A stretch of DNA of 64,000 nucleotides from Dimorphilus gyrociliatus (GCA_904063045.1 CAJFCJ010000028.1:558001-622000), one strand, 5' to 3'; numbered from the stretch's first letter, positions 12,544 through 27,688 are shown. The notes: generated by a model not told the origin, from the sequence alone. Translations and numbers: made by a program.

Positions 12544-14163
12544 CTTTCTATATAGAGACCTATCTAAATCAAAACAGCAGCTTTCCTTCGACCCTCTATT
12601 TCTAACTGTCAATCACCTTTCTTTCTTCCTCTTTTTGTCCATCTATCTAATGGATCCGATAATCTTTGTGAAAAGTAAGTCATAAATATTTAAGAAGTGC
12701 ATATTTCGATATAAACAATTGAATAACTGGAAAATATAGAAACAATAAATTGAGAATGATCTTTTTTTTCTGTTTATGAGTGTTATGAAATAATAAAAGA
12801 CCTAATTGTTTGAAAATTCATTTATATACAGTATATATAAAGTAAATGTATAGAGATAAATTACTGATTAATAAGTTGTAATACCTTTTCCTTTTGTAAA
12901 AGTTCTAGTAGTGTCATATATTTTAATATATTAAACAATTGTTTGTCCAAGTTCTTTCTAATCTTTTCTATGTTCTCCGTTTCTATTTTATCCCGTTTAC
13001 TGTTTATCTCTCTGTTCCTAACCATTACCGTAGAATATAAATAAATATATATATATATATATACTGTATATACTGTATATATAGGTTTTTAAAGGAAAAT
13101 CTTTATAAAAATAACACCAGACAGAATATCTTGTATGATAAATGCTGTAACAAAATGATAAGATTTTATATAAATATTCACATGTTATATACAATTGAAA
13201 CATTTTAAATATATCTATTTTAATGAATAAACTATATTTAGAATTGTCTATTTTTGTTATAATATTTATATAACAGTATAATAAATTTGTATTGGGTTCT
13301 TAAACGATTTATTAATATTTTTGTTCGAGTTGATCAATTTTCATTTTGATGTGATATAGTTATAATCTTATTACTTTTGTTCAATTTTTAGAATTAGGTC
13401 AAAAACGTTCAATTACGTGCTTTTTTATTAAAAAATTTTCTTCTAATATACCATCGGCTAGATGTCGTTAGTAATGATTTTTGTATTTTTTAAAAAAATT
13501 TGGTGTGTACTTTATTCCTTTGTTAAAGCTGTTAGTCATACACCTATCCACTCATAGTGTTCCAGCCCTGAGTGAACTGAAATGTTTGTAGTCAAGCAAA
13601 AGTCTCTTATTCAATATTGCTTTAAAAAATGTTCAATTAAAGCGCCATCTGTCATTTATAACTCATGCCCTACTTTTCAAATACAATGGCTATGACACAG
13701 GGTGTACAAAGGACTTGAAAAGCATCAACAACTAGGCCCATGAAACCCGTAGTATTAAAAAATAAATAACGGCCATAAAAGAGTATTAAATCATGTTTTT
13801 CAAGTCTGCTTCTGTGTTTACGTTGAGTATTTTAGAAAGTATACCGAAAATACGAGGTTTTAAGGAGAAAGAAGGATAAATTATTCTCTTAGCATAAAGA
13901 AAAATCTATCTATTTATCTCTACATCGCAAAGTGAAGAAAGAGAAAAGGGAAAAAAGGATTTAAAAGAAAAATAAGATCTACTTATTCGTCCATTTTTTC
14001 CTCATTTGATTATAATTCCAATAGAGACAAAAATAGACATTAGTGTGTATATATATGTTTATTTGCGGTCAAGATAGAAAGGAGAGACAGACGTCGAAAG
14101 TTGAACTGTATTTTTATCTCTTTAGTTTAAGATTTTTGCTTGTATAAAAGAAATAGAGAGATT

Positions 14164-15190
14164 ATGACTAATGTTACTAATACTTTAAATTTACTTAATG
14201 AAACAACAACAAATTTGTTATTGACTGCCGTTTATAGTACTTTTCAAGTTGAGAATACAACTCGAATTGTTGAGAAGAGCTCGATAAAAGATCCTAGCAA
14301 TAATGATGATAATGGTGATATAAATGCTGGAATAATTGCGGCTTGTTGCGCAGGAGGACTTGTAGTTTTATTTGCTTTCGTTTGCCTTGTACTTCGATAT
14401 AAATGCAGGTTAGTATCACTTATTATAAAATATAGCAAATACAGTATATGATTGATCAGTATATAAATAGAGATGTGCACTGTATATTTCATTTTTCAAG
14501 ATTTATCGATTAGATATCCATTGCTTTTTGAATTCAATACTGTTTTAAAGGATGCCAGCAATACCGCTAGGGGTAAAATGGTTTACATGTATTGAACAAG
14601 AGGATAAATAGATGTAGCTAAGGTGAAAATATATAAATTTTATAGTACATATATATGTACATAAATCTAATATATATGTATATGTGTCAATGGGAGTAAA
14701 CAGCTTATGAAATAAGGTCGTTTAGGACAAAATACAATCTATTTCAAGGTTATAACTATCGCTTTCAAACAGAAGTGTATCGACGCCACTAAAATCCAAT
14801 AAGAGACGCTTCCAAGAGAATTTTGATAATAAGAATTTCGTATTTGAAGATGAGACTTTAAAAATTGAACGTCCTCTACCTCCAGAACCAAAAAACCATA
14901 TTGAAGTATTAGAAAGAGCAGAAGAAGCTATTGAGAGTTTAGATTTATCAGACGGTATCACAGAAAAGAAAATATCAAATAACGATCGTAAAATTAACGG
15001 TGATATCAATCTATCTGAAAAAAGTAACCTGTCAAATGGTGAAACCGTGGTTGAAGTTCACAGAGAACTAACGGAAAGTGAAAAGAATCTAAGGGACTTA
15101 ACAATTACACCAGACGAACTGGATTATCAGTCCAGCATAAATGAAATAGACAAAGTGTTAAATAATTTGGTCGATGAAGAAAGCATTTAG
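14164..15190 (+). CDS. Orphan single-pass membrane protein (about 220 aa; N-glycosylated N-terminus outside, acidic cytoplasmic tail)
   Basis: Exon 14164-14408 (MTNVTNT...GIIAACCAGGLVVLFAFVCLVL RYKC) joins across a phase-2 GT-AG intron to exon 14773-15190, a 139-codon open frame ending DEESI*. Sequons NVT/NET/NTT precede one hydrophobic helix followed by basic residues. Extra small exons in the intron cannot be excluded. Confidence 0.65.
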
Positions 15191-18100
15191 GTGAAAGAAA
15201 ATAAGAAGATAGTTCTTGCCTGAAATAAACTACGGTTCCTTTGTTGACAAATGACAAACAATTAAACCGATTAAATGTCTTCTCTAGTTAATCATATATA
15301 TATATACAGTATATATATATATGTTTGTGTGTGTATTATAGGGTTCCCCCCTTCTGATTTCTTTTTATTTTAAGCTATACTATACCAAAAAGAAAACAAA
15401 CACTCTTTTTTTTAAATTAAATATTCTTATTCCTTTTTATAATGTGTTTTATTTGTATTGTAGCATTTTTATTTTTCTTTTACCTCATTTTCTATCAGTT
15501 TTTCTTTTTTAAGTACGTCCGATCAGTTATTAGAAATGTCTATATAAAAGGTTAATTAATATTCTTATTGAGCTTTTTTACGAAGCTATTTGTTACTCTT
15601 TTTTTTAAAACTATCTAAAAGTTTATTACTTTTTACCGAAAGATAAAAAAATTGGAAGAAAAGAGGAAAAGGGTGGAGAGAAAGCCTTCTGTCTTATATA
15701 AATGATTTAGGAGAAGAATTCTTTAAAGATTATGATACTGTTCCATTATTTTTCATTTTTTTAATTCTCTCCTCCTCTCTTGTTCTGTGATCTGAAACAA
15801 AGAAAACTTCAAGTAAAGATATCTCTTTTAATGAAATTCCGAGAAATATTACTATTAGGTTTCCCAAAATTTTTTCATATAATACTTTTTAGATTTTAGT
15901 TAATGACTGATAAAGAGACTCTCTTAGTGGAGGATTTCCTTAATAGTGAAGAACATCTAATGCATTTATTCATTTATTCTAAAACGAACAGCTTTTCTGT
16001 TTCGTTTCTTGCTTGTTGCTCCTTCTTCTATCTGCTTGTCATTATATTTCTATTTCTTTTCCTTCCATTTAGTTGCCTCTATCTTTCTCCATTTTGTCCT
16101 TCCCTTCTTGTCTCTTCCTCTCTTTTTTACTTCGTTAAATATATTACACTATAAATGTATTTTCCTTTTGCTACATTGATTAGAGTTTCTGTTTTCATTT
16201 TCCGAAATTTGCACTCAGAGCACGGTCTTCAAAAAACTCCAGCCTCTAGAATTTATCGTTATCAGATTTCATTATTCAATATAACCCTTACTGATAGAAT
16301 GATACTTTTTCCGATGAATGGCGTCTGCTCTAGTAGGCTAAATTTCCCTATTTGTACAAAACGACAAAAGAGATTATCGTTTATTTCGATATAAAAATTT
16401 TGGAACTTCATTTCTATTTATAGGAGCAATGTCAATTGATTTTAGAATTTCATCCAAATCTGAAATAATTTTACATGAAAGGAAAAAGAGTAGAACAATG
16501 TTTAATCTTAAATCAATCCCTTTTTCTCTGTTTTTTTTTAAAAAAACAAGAAACCGAGCTTCTATGTATAATATCTAGATTCATTTAAATTGTTACGTCA
16601 TCAACTATGGTAACTTATTCCTCTATTGCGGAATTTTATAATTCAGATTCAAATTTTGCTGTCTTTTTCTTATATATAAAAGCAAGATGAGGATAATGTT
16701 ATTCGAGTGGGCGTGAGAAATGAACATTGCTGCTTACAGTCTGTTCTGGGCTGATTGTGGCAGAAATTATTCATACAGGCAGAACCATATTAAGAAAATA
16801 CTTTCAATGCCATAGACTGGTCTAATTCTTTTTTCTATATACAGTTATATAGATCTATATTATCCGCAAATCGTGTTCTCTTTTCATATTTAGTCCCCTC
16901 ATGCTAAGTTAAATACGTAAAATAGTTGATCTCCTTACAATGTTAATTAGACTAAAAGATTACGGAATTAAATATAATAGAATGAGGAATTACGTTTTAT
17001 CAGAGATTTTTAAAATTCCCCCCTCCATTCTCCTCCGCTCTCTCGCTTTTTAATATTTGATTATAACATTCTTAAGCTGTTAAAAACACCCTCCTTTAAG
17101 GATATACGCATCTTTGATGTAGAATAGGGATACTCTTCCCTTCGTATAACCTAAATAAAAAGGTTCAGACTTACTAGATAAGCGATTTTCCTTTTTTTGT
17201 TTCATTTTTTTTACATTTACTCTAAAGCGCCGTTGTCGAAAGAAAATCGGATTATGGAAAACTAGAATGACGGAATATATATAGAAAATTTATAGAATAA
17301 AGAAAAGTAAGCAAAAACCTCTTCAACTTTCATTCTAAAATGCTCTAATTTAGTCATTTATTCAAGTTTTTTTACTTTCTAATTGATTAATGTCTTATTT
17401 AGAAGATGTTTGTAATATGTGCTCCTTAGTATACACTGAATTGATTTCCGCAGAAAGATGTCGCCACCTATACTTCAAGGAAAGTAACAAATCAGTGTGT
17501 AAGAGAATATAAAGTAAATTCTTTAAACGTTCGGGTAAGCTGTGTGCTCGTACGAAACCAAATATCGGAATATGCCCTCAAAAAAACACGTTACAAAATA
17601 AACTAAACTAAGAGAAAGAATTAAAGAGCAAGATGATTTAGTTGATGAAGATAAAAGAAGGAAACATTTTGTTTGACCTCTAAAAGTCACCTAGGTTTTA
17701 ACCTTTGATATTAGGAAGAGAGGTGAAGTTAACCGGGAAGAAAATTCAATCGATAGATTAGGAGAGAATACATTTATTTTCTTTGAACAGAGAGAAATAG
17801 GAAAAATCTAAGAAAAGAAAAACAAAATAACATTAAATTTTATTTTAAAGGATTATTTAAACCGTTCTTGTTGGATTTATAATCGTTTTTTCATGTATAG
17901 CATCTCCTAATACAATAATCCTACTATCCTAATAGTAAAAGTAGAAAAAAATCTGCAAAGTGGAAAACCTAAGTAGAGATACAACTAGAAAATTAACAGC
18001 AACAAGAATACTTGATGTTTTAAAACAATAAGTAATAAAACATGAAGAAGATAGGTTAAAGTTCAATGTAATATTGTCACTTAATGTAAGAAACTACTAA

Positions 18101-20405
18101 ATAGATTAATGCCGGCAAATGTAAATAATGTATATAGTATATTCTAATATTGTCTATTATATAGCAGTCTTAATGGATTTTCAGCTTCTATTTCTCCATG
18201 TATTTGTTTTAAAATGATATCTTGAAAAGGAAGATAGAAAATGAAAAAATTCACATTTCATGATTAAATTAGTATTGGAAGAAGATTGAAAGAATAGTAA
18301 ATGTTATAGAGTAAACAAAACAGAGATACGTTTTAAGCTGCAACTATAAGTAAACAAACTTTTTAAAAATACTTAGAATGCTTATTACGTAATACATCGA
18401 CAAAAAGAAACAAGTTATAGGGAATAATCCAAAATTCAATTACAATAAACATTATTTTAGACTTAAAGATGTTGCTGTGAATAAGTGATAAGAAGATTTA
18501 AGAGTCGTAAGAGTGATTCTTATTCTCCTTTTATATAATCCATTGAATAAATGTTTTAGTTGATAGTAGATTGTTTTAAATAAATAAATATACAAAAACT
18601 ATTCATAATATGAAAGAATGACCTATTAACATATAATATCTATTATTCGTTTTAAGTGAAATATACAATATAAAGTAAAAGACTTTAACTTGGAAACTAA
18701 TCTTTAAAAATTAGCGTTTCTTTCAAATGAACATGAATGTCACTTGTTAATAGTAAAAAATAGTTTAAATCGTTATTTTTAATCTTGTAGTTTATTTTTA
18801 TCTATCCCTTATTTAGATCTCGAATCCCTTTCCCTTAATGGCTCTTTCATTCTTTTCTATTATCAATATTTCGAGAGTCTTTCAATCTACAGTCCATTTA
18901 TCTCTACCCTTTTTTTTATAACGAGAAGGAGTAAGCATATGTTTCAACTATTAGTTAGACTATTTACAGTGAAATCAATGTAAGGTTAGTAAAAAAACTT
19001 ATCTATATCTATATCAATTAGATATATAAGGATAAATAGAATAAGATCCAAAAAGTTTGCTTGTTAACTAGATTTAGATCAATAACACCCATTTCAGGGA
19101 AAAATATCATTTTAAGAAGAGATAGATAGATAGATAAAAAAAAAGAGAGAGAAAATATTCGTGGGTGAGAACCAAAGATTACACGTAGAAGTTTAGATAG
19201 GAGGAATATAGCAAACGGAAGAAAAAGAAGAAATAAAAAACTACTTGTATCAAATTTAAAACACTTCAATTAATGATATGTTACTAATTGGTTGGTCATT
19301 TAAATGGGGACGCGAGAGTAATGCTTGGGTTAATGTTCTAAATTAATACTCTAAGGCAAATGCAGTACATCTATTCTATATTTATATATTAACACAATAG
19401 CACAGTTTATAAATACCTAGCTTTTGGATATCATCTAGCCCTATACTAAAAATTAATTTGTATGACGTATAATGTTACATTTTTAGATCATATTTATATC
19501 TCTCTTTCAAAATGGAGGATAGGAATAGCATCTTATTCGTTCTAGTTATTTTTCTTTATGGTTTTATAGGTAAATTGCCCTTTCATATCCTACATATTTA
19601 TGCTATATTAACAAGAAAATGTGATCGTTTCTTTACAATATATCATCTTTTATAAAACAACCGATGTGTTGTATGATTGAAAGCTACTTTTACAACTTAA
19701 TGCTATCCAGGCGCCATTTGACGCCTCAAAGCTTTCGATGACGCTTTTAAACGTTTCCCACCAGTCTTATTCTTTTTTCTCGCAGTATAACTACAAACAA
19801 TATTACACAGTAAACTTTTAACAGTATGTCATATTTTCATAATAATAGGAAGTAAATCGCTGAATTTTTTATGTAGGTAATTATCTTTTGTTTTCCTTAA
19901 ATTGACTTATCCACCGAATAGATAATTTTCCTTTAAAAAAATCGTTACTCTATCTAACTAACTTGTGAGATGACATTTTGAAAATATTGAATGAATGAAT
20001 GAATGGTTGAACGATTGAATGAATTAATTTAAATTGTTAAAGTATAATTTTTGTTATGTAGAATATTTCTATTATTATTGTTATGTGTTTTGTATTTATT
20101 TATTCACTGTAAGACGCCATTAAAAAATATCAATTAAACTAAGAAACAACCATCACGATCGATGGTTTGGATCTGCTTAAATCTAATTTGTCATATTAAA
20201 AATAGGTTCTATAGATACTAATATATAGAAAACTTTAGATATTTGTAAAATATCCTTATCATCCTTGTGTTTTTTCTTTCGTTTTCCCTTTCGATCTTTG
20301 TCTGTGTGTGTGTGTCTGTCTGTCTGTCTGTCTATTTATATACACATATATTTATATATATATGTTTGTCATCCCCTCGCTCACCCCATCCCCCTCTCTC
20401 TCTCT

Positions 20406-20408
<3 letters not shown>

Positions 20409-20437
<29 letters not shown>
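20409..20437. repeat. (TC)n microsatellite within a longer low-complexity tract
   Basis: Uninterrupted TC units, with adjacent GT/CTGT/TA repeats upstream. Confidence 0.9.
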
Positions 20438-20442
<5 letters not shown>

Positions 20443-23400
20443 ATTTCTATTTATTGCATACTTTTAAAATGTTACTCTTTCCACCTCTATTGAATTATTC
20501 AATAATGTAATTCAATTGATAGAAATTAAATAATTAATTCTGTTCTCTTCTCAATAGATTAGTTTCTATATCTTGTACACATCTTACTCGTCTCTTCTAA
20601 TTTGTTACAGATTGTTTATCAATTCTCTGTCTTGATATCTTGTTTATATACGATTAAAAATATCGTTTTAGCATACATACAAAAAGATGCAAGACATTAA
20701 TTCCATCATTTATCGATAAACTTGTATAAAGTATCACAAAGGTAAAGAATAAACGAATGAAAAGTACTTCCTTCTAATTTATGATGATAAAAAAAAGAAA
20801 ATTTTGTTTATATTGTCATTTTAAAGAAACATATTAGTAAAATTTTATGAGGAAAATTTCAAAAAGTTTATTCTACTGAAGCTTTTGAAGAATGTTTGAT
20901 GTTTTCATTTTAGAAAGTGATTTCCAGACTTAGATTGATTGATAGACATTTACTTGGATTCTTTAAATGCTAAAATTTTCTAAAACAAAGACTAAAAAGT
21001 TTTATAAAATATGGCGGTTAAAAATAGATAGTAATCTACTGCATTTCCACGATCTATTTAATATGTAAAGTTGTTAAATTTTGTTTTTTAAAAGAAGAAA
21101 GAGTTTGTTAAGGAAGGCAATAGATAAGAAGGAAAAGGAGGAAGAAGAGATGTGAAAAGAGAAAATGACAAACAGTTCTAATCAATAGTTAAGTTGTTTA
21201 GTGGCTTAATTTGTTAAGTAGTTTATTCCTTTATCTTTTCTTTTGTGAAATAGTAGAGTCGTTATGCTTGTTTTAAAATTTTCTTTTTCTTACATAAACG
21301 CAGATATATCTGTATGTAAGCTCATTGGAAGTAGCTATTGTTAACCTGGATCCATTTGGAGGTATAATTAATCGCTGAGAACATTTTGTTGAAGTTTTAA
21401 AGAAAAGGTGAAAGTGGATTTAGTGGACATCTCCTTGAAAATGGAAATTGAAAAAGAAAAATCGTATATAATATTAAATATAGTAGGATATAGTAGCTTC
21501 CGATTTAATATAAATATTGCAGTTTAAGAGCAGATGACGTTTATGGAATACAGAACATTTCCAGAATCGTTTATTGGGTTCTGCTTTTGATTAACACGCT
21601 CTTGTATTTTAGACTTCTTTTCTATTCGACGGCCACCGGTTATTTCCTCTTCCCGTGCGTATTGTACATCAATTTACGGCTAGTTCTGCGTTTATTTATA
21701 GGAATTGAGCTTCTTCTTATTGCCGTTTGATTTTTTAGCAAACTTTTTACTGTTCGTCTAGCTTTTCTATCTATAAAGAAATGATTAAGGAAAATGGGGA
21801 TTGACTAAAAGGCATAAAGAAATTACGTACATGACGAAAGACGGGAAAAAAACTCTTCTTAAAAGTTCCTAGATATTCCAAGGTCATAATTTCCCTACCA
21901 TACAGTACAACAGAAGAAATTCAAATATGTTTGGTAGAATTCGTATCAAATTACGAATAGCTTTAGATTTCAAGTCATTATTACGATAAATTTTAGACGC
22001 TTTTCCAGTTTCTTCATAGCGGAATTAAGGTTTCTTATGGATTCATCAGATGGAACAAATTTCGAAGGTTTCCTAATTTAATTCATGTTTAATTTTATAC
22101 ACTTTTCCATTTTGAACAACCTTGAATTTTATACATTCTAAGAAAAGAATTTCCCAAAATATCTTATAAAAATCATGGATAGAAAAAATGAAGATAAATT
22201 ATAAAGAATCTTCTAGCATATAGGAGATTGTTATAATAATTGTTACGATTAAATCTTCCCCACTAAGAGAAAAAAAGAAAAAGACAACCTCAACTATAAA
22301 GTGTTGACTTGACAATATTTACTTATGAATTTTTTTCTATTATCAAAACAATTGTATCAGATATTTGATACTATCATAACCACGTTCAATTGCTAGTATT
22401 CCTCTATCGATTAATTATACTTGTATACTGAACCGGAAGTGTACATGCCCTTTTCCGCAAGTATGATTTTATTTTCATAATACGAAATATGTGAAAATCT
22501 CGATATTTTCATCAAAAAGCAGTAATAATAACAATTATCGTTTACTTAAAGAGAAAAGCCTGATTAGTGTAAAATTATGACGTATCGGTAAAGAGACGTT
22601 CTTCCTATCTAACTCTTTTCTTTTCCCCTTCGGCTTTTTACCGTTTTATTATTTTTCCTTCTATTCGGTTAGCATATTTTTTCTTTTAAATTTTTTATAC
22701 CTCTTCTGCCTATAATTATTTGTAATTTTACGGTCCAAAGACTAGGACATGACTCTGCTCAGCTGAGCAATCTTATTATAAAAAAGCAATTGTCCAGACT
22801 ACGATCACAGTTACTTCTATTTCAAGTTTAGTGCAAAATCCTATGCCATACTGTCTTATTAGTTTAAAGTAAAAAAGAACTAAAGTATTTAAATACTTTG
22901 TTGTTTCACATTTGCTTTATTAAGCAAAGAAAGAATTGGTTAAAAAAAGAAAAACTATGGAAAATATATCAACGTTTTATGAAATTTTGAAACAAATATA
23001 AGTGAAAATATATAGAGAGAAAAGAAGCTAATACATCGATATATTGTTTGTTCTTACAAACATTATTATTTCTATAATGTTTAGTTATAATCACGATTGG
23101 TAAAGTACTTTTAAAGCGGTTAAACGATATAGTTCTCTCTACTGATTTGATCTATAAATCTGATAATCTCATTCTAAATTACACTGCGCCTTAGGATCCT
23201 TCATTTTTACTCTGATTAGTAAGTCTTCGACGACAATTGGCAACAGAAAGAAACGCTGGGGCGAAAGAGACGTTTTTGTGCTTTGGCATTAGCGAAGAAG
23301 GGGGTGGAGGTTGAAATGAGGAAAGAAAGGTGTAAAGAGCCAGGGGGAAGTATTGTTAGACTATTTTCAAAAAAAGAACGAAATTTCTCCCAATTCAACA

Positions 23401-26400
23401 TCAGGATTAAGCGATTGTCGGGGGTCTATAGCGAATATACTCCAAGATCCGATTATCGATTTAGAAATCTTTTTATACCATATCTTTTTTACTTTCGCTA
23501 AAGAACTCCTTCTCTTTTCCTAAAGAACGAACAAAAGACGCTAACGATGGTCAATTTTCAACCCACAACTACACTTACCAAATAGTGATACATTCGTTAA
23601 GATATGTTCTGCAGCCTGCCTTATAGAAAATATGCTATTCCGTATTTTTTTACGCGAAATTGGCGTAATTGACGATGCGGATCTAAGTATCCAAGAAGAA
23701 AAAAATATTAAAGACGCTGAACCGTAAATTATGCTCTGCAATCATTTCATTATTTTCCATATATCTTAATAATTTCTCTTCGTCTATTGTCTTATTATGA
23801 TTATAAGTATGATGATGATTATTATTATTAATAATGATGATAGAGGAAAGAGTTAAGTAAATGAATTGAATTATAATCCTTAACTAAGAAATTATAAATT
23901 ATATATAAAAAATAATTACAATCAAGGAAAAAGTTGTTTTTAGAAATTAGCAAATAAGCGGATTTGAAAAGTCGAATATTGATTCTGTCAGATTTTCAGT
24001 TGAATTGATCTAGAGACGGAAATGTGGCTGATATATGGGACGATTTTTCCTTAAAAACTTTCATTCTATTCCCTTCCACTCTTCCTCTTTTACTGCTAGC
24101 CGAACTTTTAAATTCTTTAACGCTTTGTTTCATTATTATACATTATTATTTAATGTCCTTAACGGTCAATCAAACTATTCATCACAAATAGAAAAAGTAT
24201 CTTAAAAACCGGAAGTGAATGAAAGGAAAATAAACTTTTTTCTAGTATTTTATCGGAAAAAAAAGGAATTTTTTTCCTTTTATTCTTTCATTCTATAAAA
24301 TAAATATTAAAGAACAAAAAAAACTAACAATAAAAAGATGTTTAGGCGTAGAACAAAGAGAAAGAGAGAAAAAAAACAAAATGGAGAAGAAATATCAGAA
24401 AGGCTGTAAGAAGAGAAGAAAAAACAGAGGTCGTTCAGCTATTAATCAAGCGGTACGGTACATACACAATCTTATAAAGCAAACTTAGAAAGTATGTATA
24501 ATATATAGCAACTAAGTTTAAGCAAATATGCAGATAGAAAAAATTATTGAGCTTTACCGTACAAGCTATTTACTAAAATATGAGCTTAATATATCTTATT
24601 AATATTCATAATTAATATTTCCTATTCAACATTTTCAACGAATTCTCAATAACTATTCCCCTTATGTTTTTCCTTTTTCTTTTCCCGCTTTATTATAATA
24701 AGGTAATAGTCTATCTTTTGTGAATAATACAAATTGATAATTGATAATATTATAAGTATTTGATTTTTTCATCAATAGATGTCACTAGAATGGTAATGAG
24801 AATACTACGTGACTACGTGCAATGACAATGGAGCTGATCCTATTTCTTTTTAAAACCCCCGTAGAGTACAGGATTTATTGCTTTTTACATTTATTGATCA
24901 AAAAGAGAAAATATATAGAATGTATTAGTTGAAAATAAATGACTAGAAAACTATAAACCTAATAAAATATACATCATAAAAGAAGGCCAGAAATACATAT
25001 AGCCATAATTTCTATAACTGCATACAACTTTTTTGAATAAATAAACATCTTAATAACAACCACTTTAAATACGGATGATCGTATTATACATCTTTAACAA
25101 AATATGCGCTAAATACTCTATATATAAAGCAGTAAATTATTTAACATTTATACATAAATATATATATATGTATAGACTACATTCACTATGAACTTTTCAT
25201 TAGTGCCATAAGTTTTATATTTCATAATATAAACAAAGAAATTATTCCAAACTAAACATGGCAAGAAAAAAAACAAACAGAAAAACCTCCCAAAACATTA
25301 TAAAAGTATGATTAATGAAATAGATATAGTAGAATATATATAAATATAAATATATATAAATTTATATATATATTTATAAATACACTTTTTTTTATAAAAA
25401 AAAAAGTTAATAATAAATTAAAAAGAAAAGAAAAAATTCTTAATTTTTTTTTTTAAATTTAACGCCTACGTTTAACGTGATAAGAATATAAAAGAACAGA
25501 GAGAGAGAGAGAGAGAGAGAGTGGTTTATTCTTTTCAGCTTGTACATATTCTTTAAATTTTAATTCAACTAAATATTCTAACTTAGATAAATAATTTATA
25601 TTAATCATATATTAAATATACTGCATACTTATATCTATATATCTTATGTATGAGTATAATATACCGCAAAATGTTTGCTGAAAGTTATAACTTTACGAGG
25701 AAGCTGATGTATAAACTTGTATCTATAATTTTTTTTAATATTGATATACTATCTACTGGAATATCAATCTCTTAAATTGTTTAATACGTAAATATATCCA
25801 AGTTTTATCAACTATCTTAACTTCAGAGAAAGAGAGGAATAAAGAGAGAAATAAAGAGAGAAGAAGAGAGAAAAATGATCAGCTGTTGTCAATTACTTTT
25901 CTGATATTCTTTACATATACTTAACTCAAAATGTAGTTTTATTTTTTGTCGGTAGACGGCGCTTCGAACAGAAATTGGCGCGAAACTGTCTGCGTTTCTC
26001 CAGAAGGCACTTCGATGAGCGGCGTTTAACGCCGGGTTTTTTCCGTGAGACTATTTTCAGAAATTTAGACGAAGCGTAATTAGCTATTTAAGGAGAAACA
26101 CGCGAAATTCAAATATCTTCCATTCGTTGAGTGTCTCTTTCTCAATTTTAAACAGAAATATGCATTGAAAGGTTGGTAGATGTTTCTCTTTTATGTCTCC
26201 TTATATCTTTATATACGTTTGTACATCTGTACGTAAACGTCTGTGTAAATATTGTACATAGTTTGAAAACTCTTAGTAAAAGCGTCTAATTAAGCTATAC
26301 AATGTTTTTCTAATGTGTTGATAAGAATTTGATCAGAGTCACGTGCAAGGTATCAACTTTCTTGGAAGGTAATAGGACTGTAAAGTGAAAAAATCCCCTC

Positions 26401-27685
26401 TAGCATTTAAGAATTAATACTTGGACACGAAGTTTTCTGGAATTGATAATTTTTTCAAAGAATTAATCATCAAATTATTTAAAATATACAATTATAAAAT
26501 GCAAAAAGGGAAAGATAAACTTTCAAACCAATGAACGTATTCCTGATGAAATTAACCTTCTCACACTCTTTCTCTTTCTTTCTCTCTCTCTTCCTCGTTC
26601 TTTATTTTCTATTTTTCTTCGTTATTCTATTCATAGCTAATGAATAATAGTTTTAAAGCCTAATTTTCTCTTTACATCAGAAAAAATCGCTTATTTGTTA
26701 AATCTGAATAGATTTTTTAATTAATAAAATATCTTTTATTGCACTATAAATAAGTTAATGAATTATACCTTTTCTAGCTAATAATTCAAACACATTGTAT
26801 ACTAAATAGAAGTTATTTGTTAGTAAGTTTCCTTTTCTTTAAAATCTCTTATGTCTCTCATTACTATTGATTTTTAATTTATCATTTAAAACCTTATAGA
26901 AATAAAGTATAGACAACTTAATTTATACGGATAATTAATATACTTTTATATAAAATACTAATAAACAAAAATGGAGCGTACTCTTTCCTTTTAAAGTTTA
27001 TTATTCTATTACTTTATCCAATATTTCTTTAATGTTCCAATCTGATACGTATGACATAAATAGTCAAAAGCCTATTATTTACCGATTCGTCATTTTATAA
27101 AACATTTTTACCCTTTTACCTATATATGATTTAGGCGTCTATTCCATTAATATTTTCAGGCAGAACAGTTTACTTTTAAGTATTTTCGTTGGTTTTTTTT
27201 TACTTAAAAACTTTATTAATCCTATTATATTTTAATACTTAGTTGTCGGAGTGGGCTTAGTTAGAGAAGAAGCGGGAAAAATAAGAGAGACTAAGGCAGA
27301 TAGGAGAACATATAGAGATAGATATGAAAACATAAGAGGCGAACAAAAGAAACGTCAAGATAATAAAAATGTAAAAGAAAGAAAACTCTCCTTCCCTAAA
27401 TCTTCAACCTTTATTATCTTTCAGAAGTATTGCAAAAAGGAAACAGAATTTCCGAAAAAGGCGTACTATTATTATTATTCTTATACTAAAATTTCTACCC
27501 TAGAGTAATGAAGAAAAGATAGAATTTTTATTATAAATTATACATCCATAGATAGAATCAAAGTTATATTTTCAGTTTATTTAGAATATTTAATAAAAAC
27601 TAGGTATTATCTATATTTTTAGTTTGGAAATAACCTATTTTTTTAGTTGATGGATTTTAACTATAAAGTTGTGTTTATAAATGCG

Positions 27686-27688
<3 letters not shown>

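Noticed and set aside
13696-13712. CAGGGTG mariner-like TIR start (also near 60512)
   Set aside because: No flanking TA duplication, no matching inverted end and no transposase remnant.
24381-24488. 35-aa ORF with AVRYIHNL resembling bHLH helix 2
   Set aside because: No helix-1/loop spacing and no splice sites that would complete a bHLH domain; likely coincidence.
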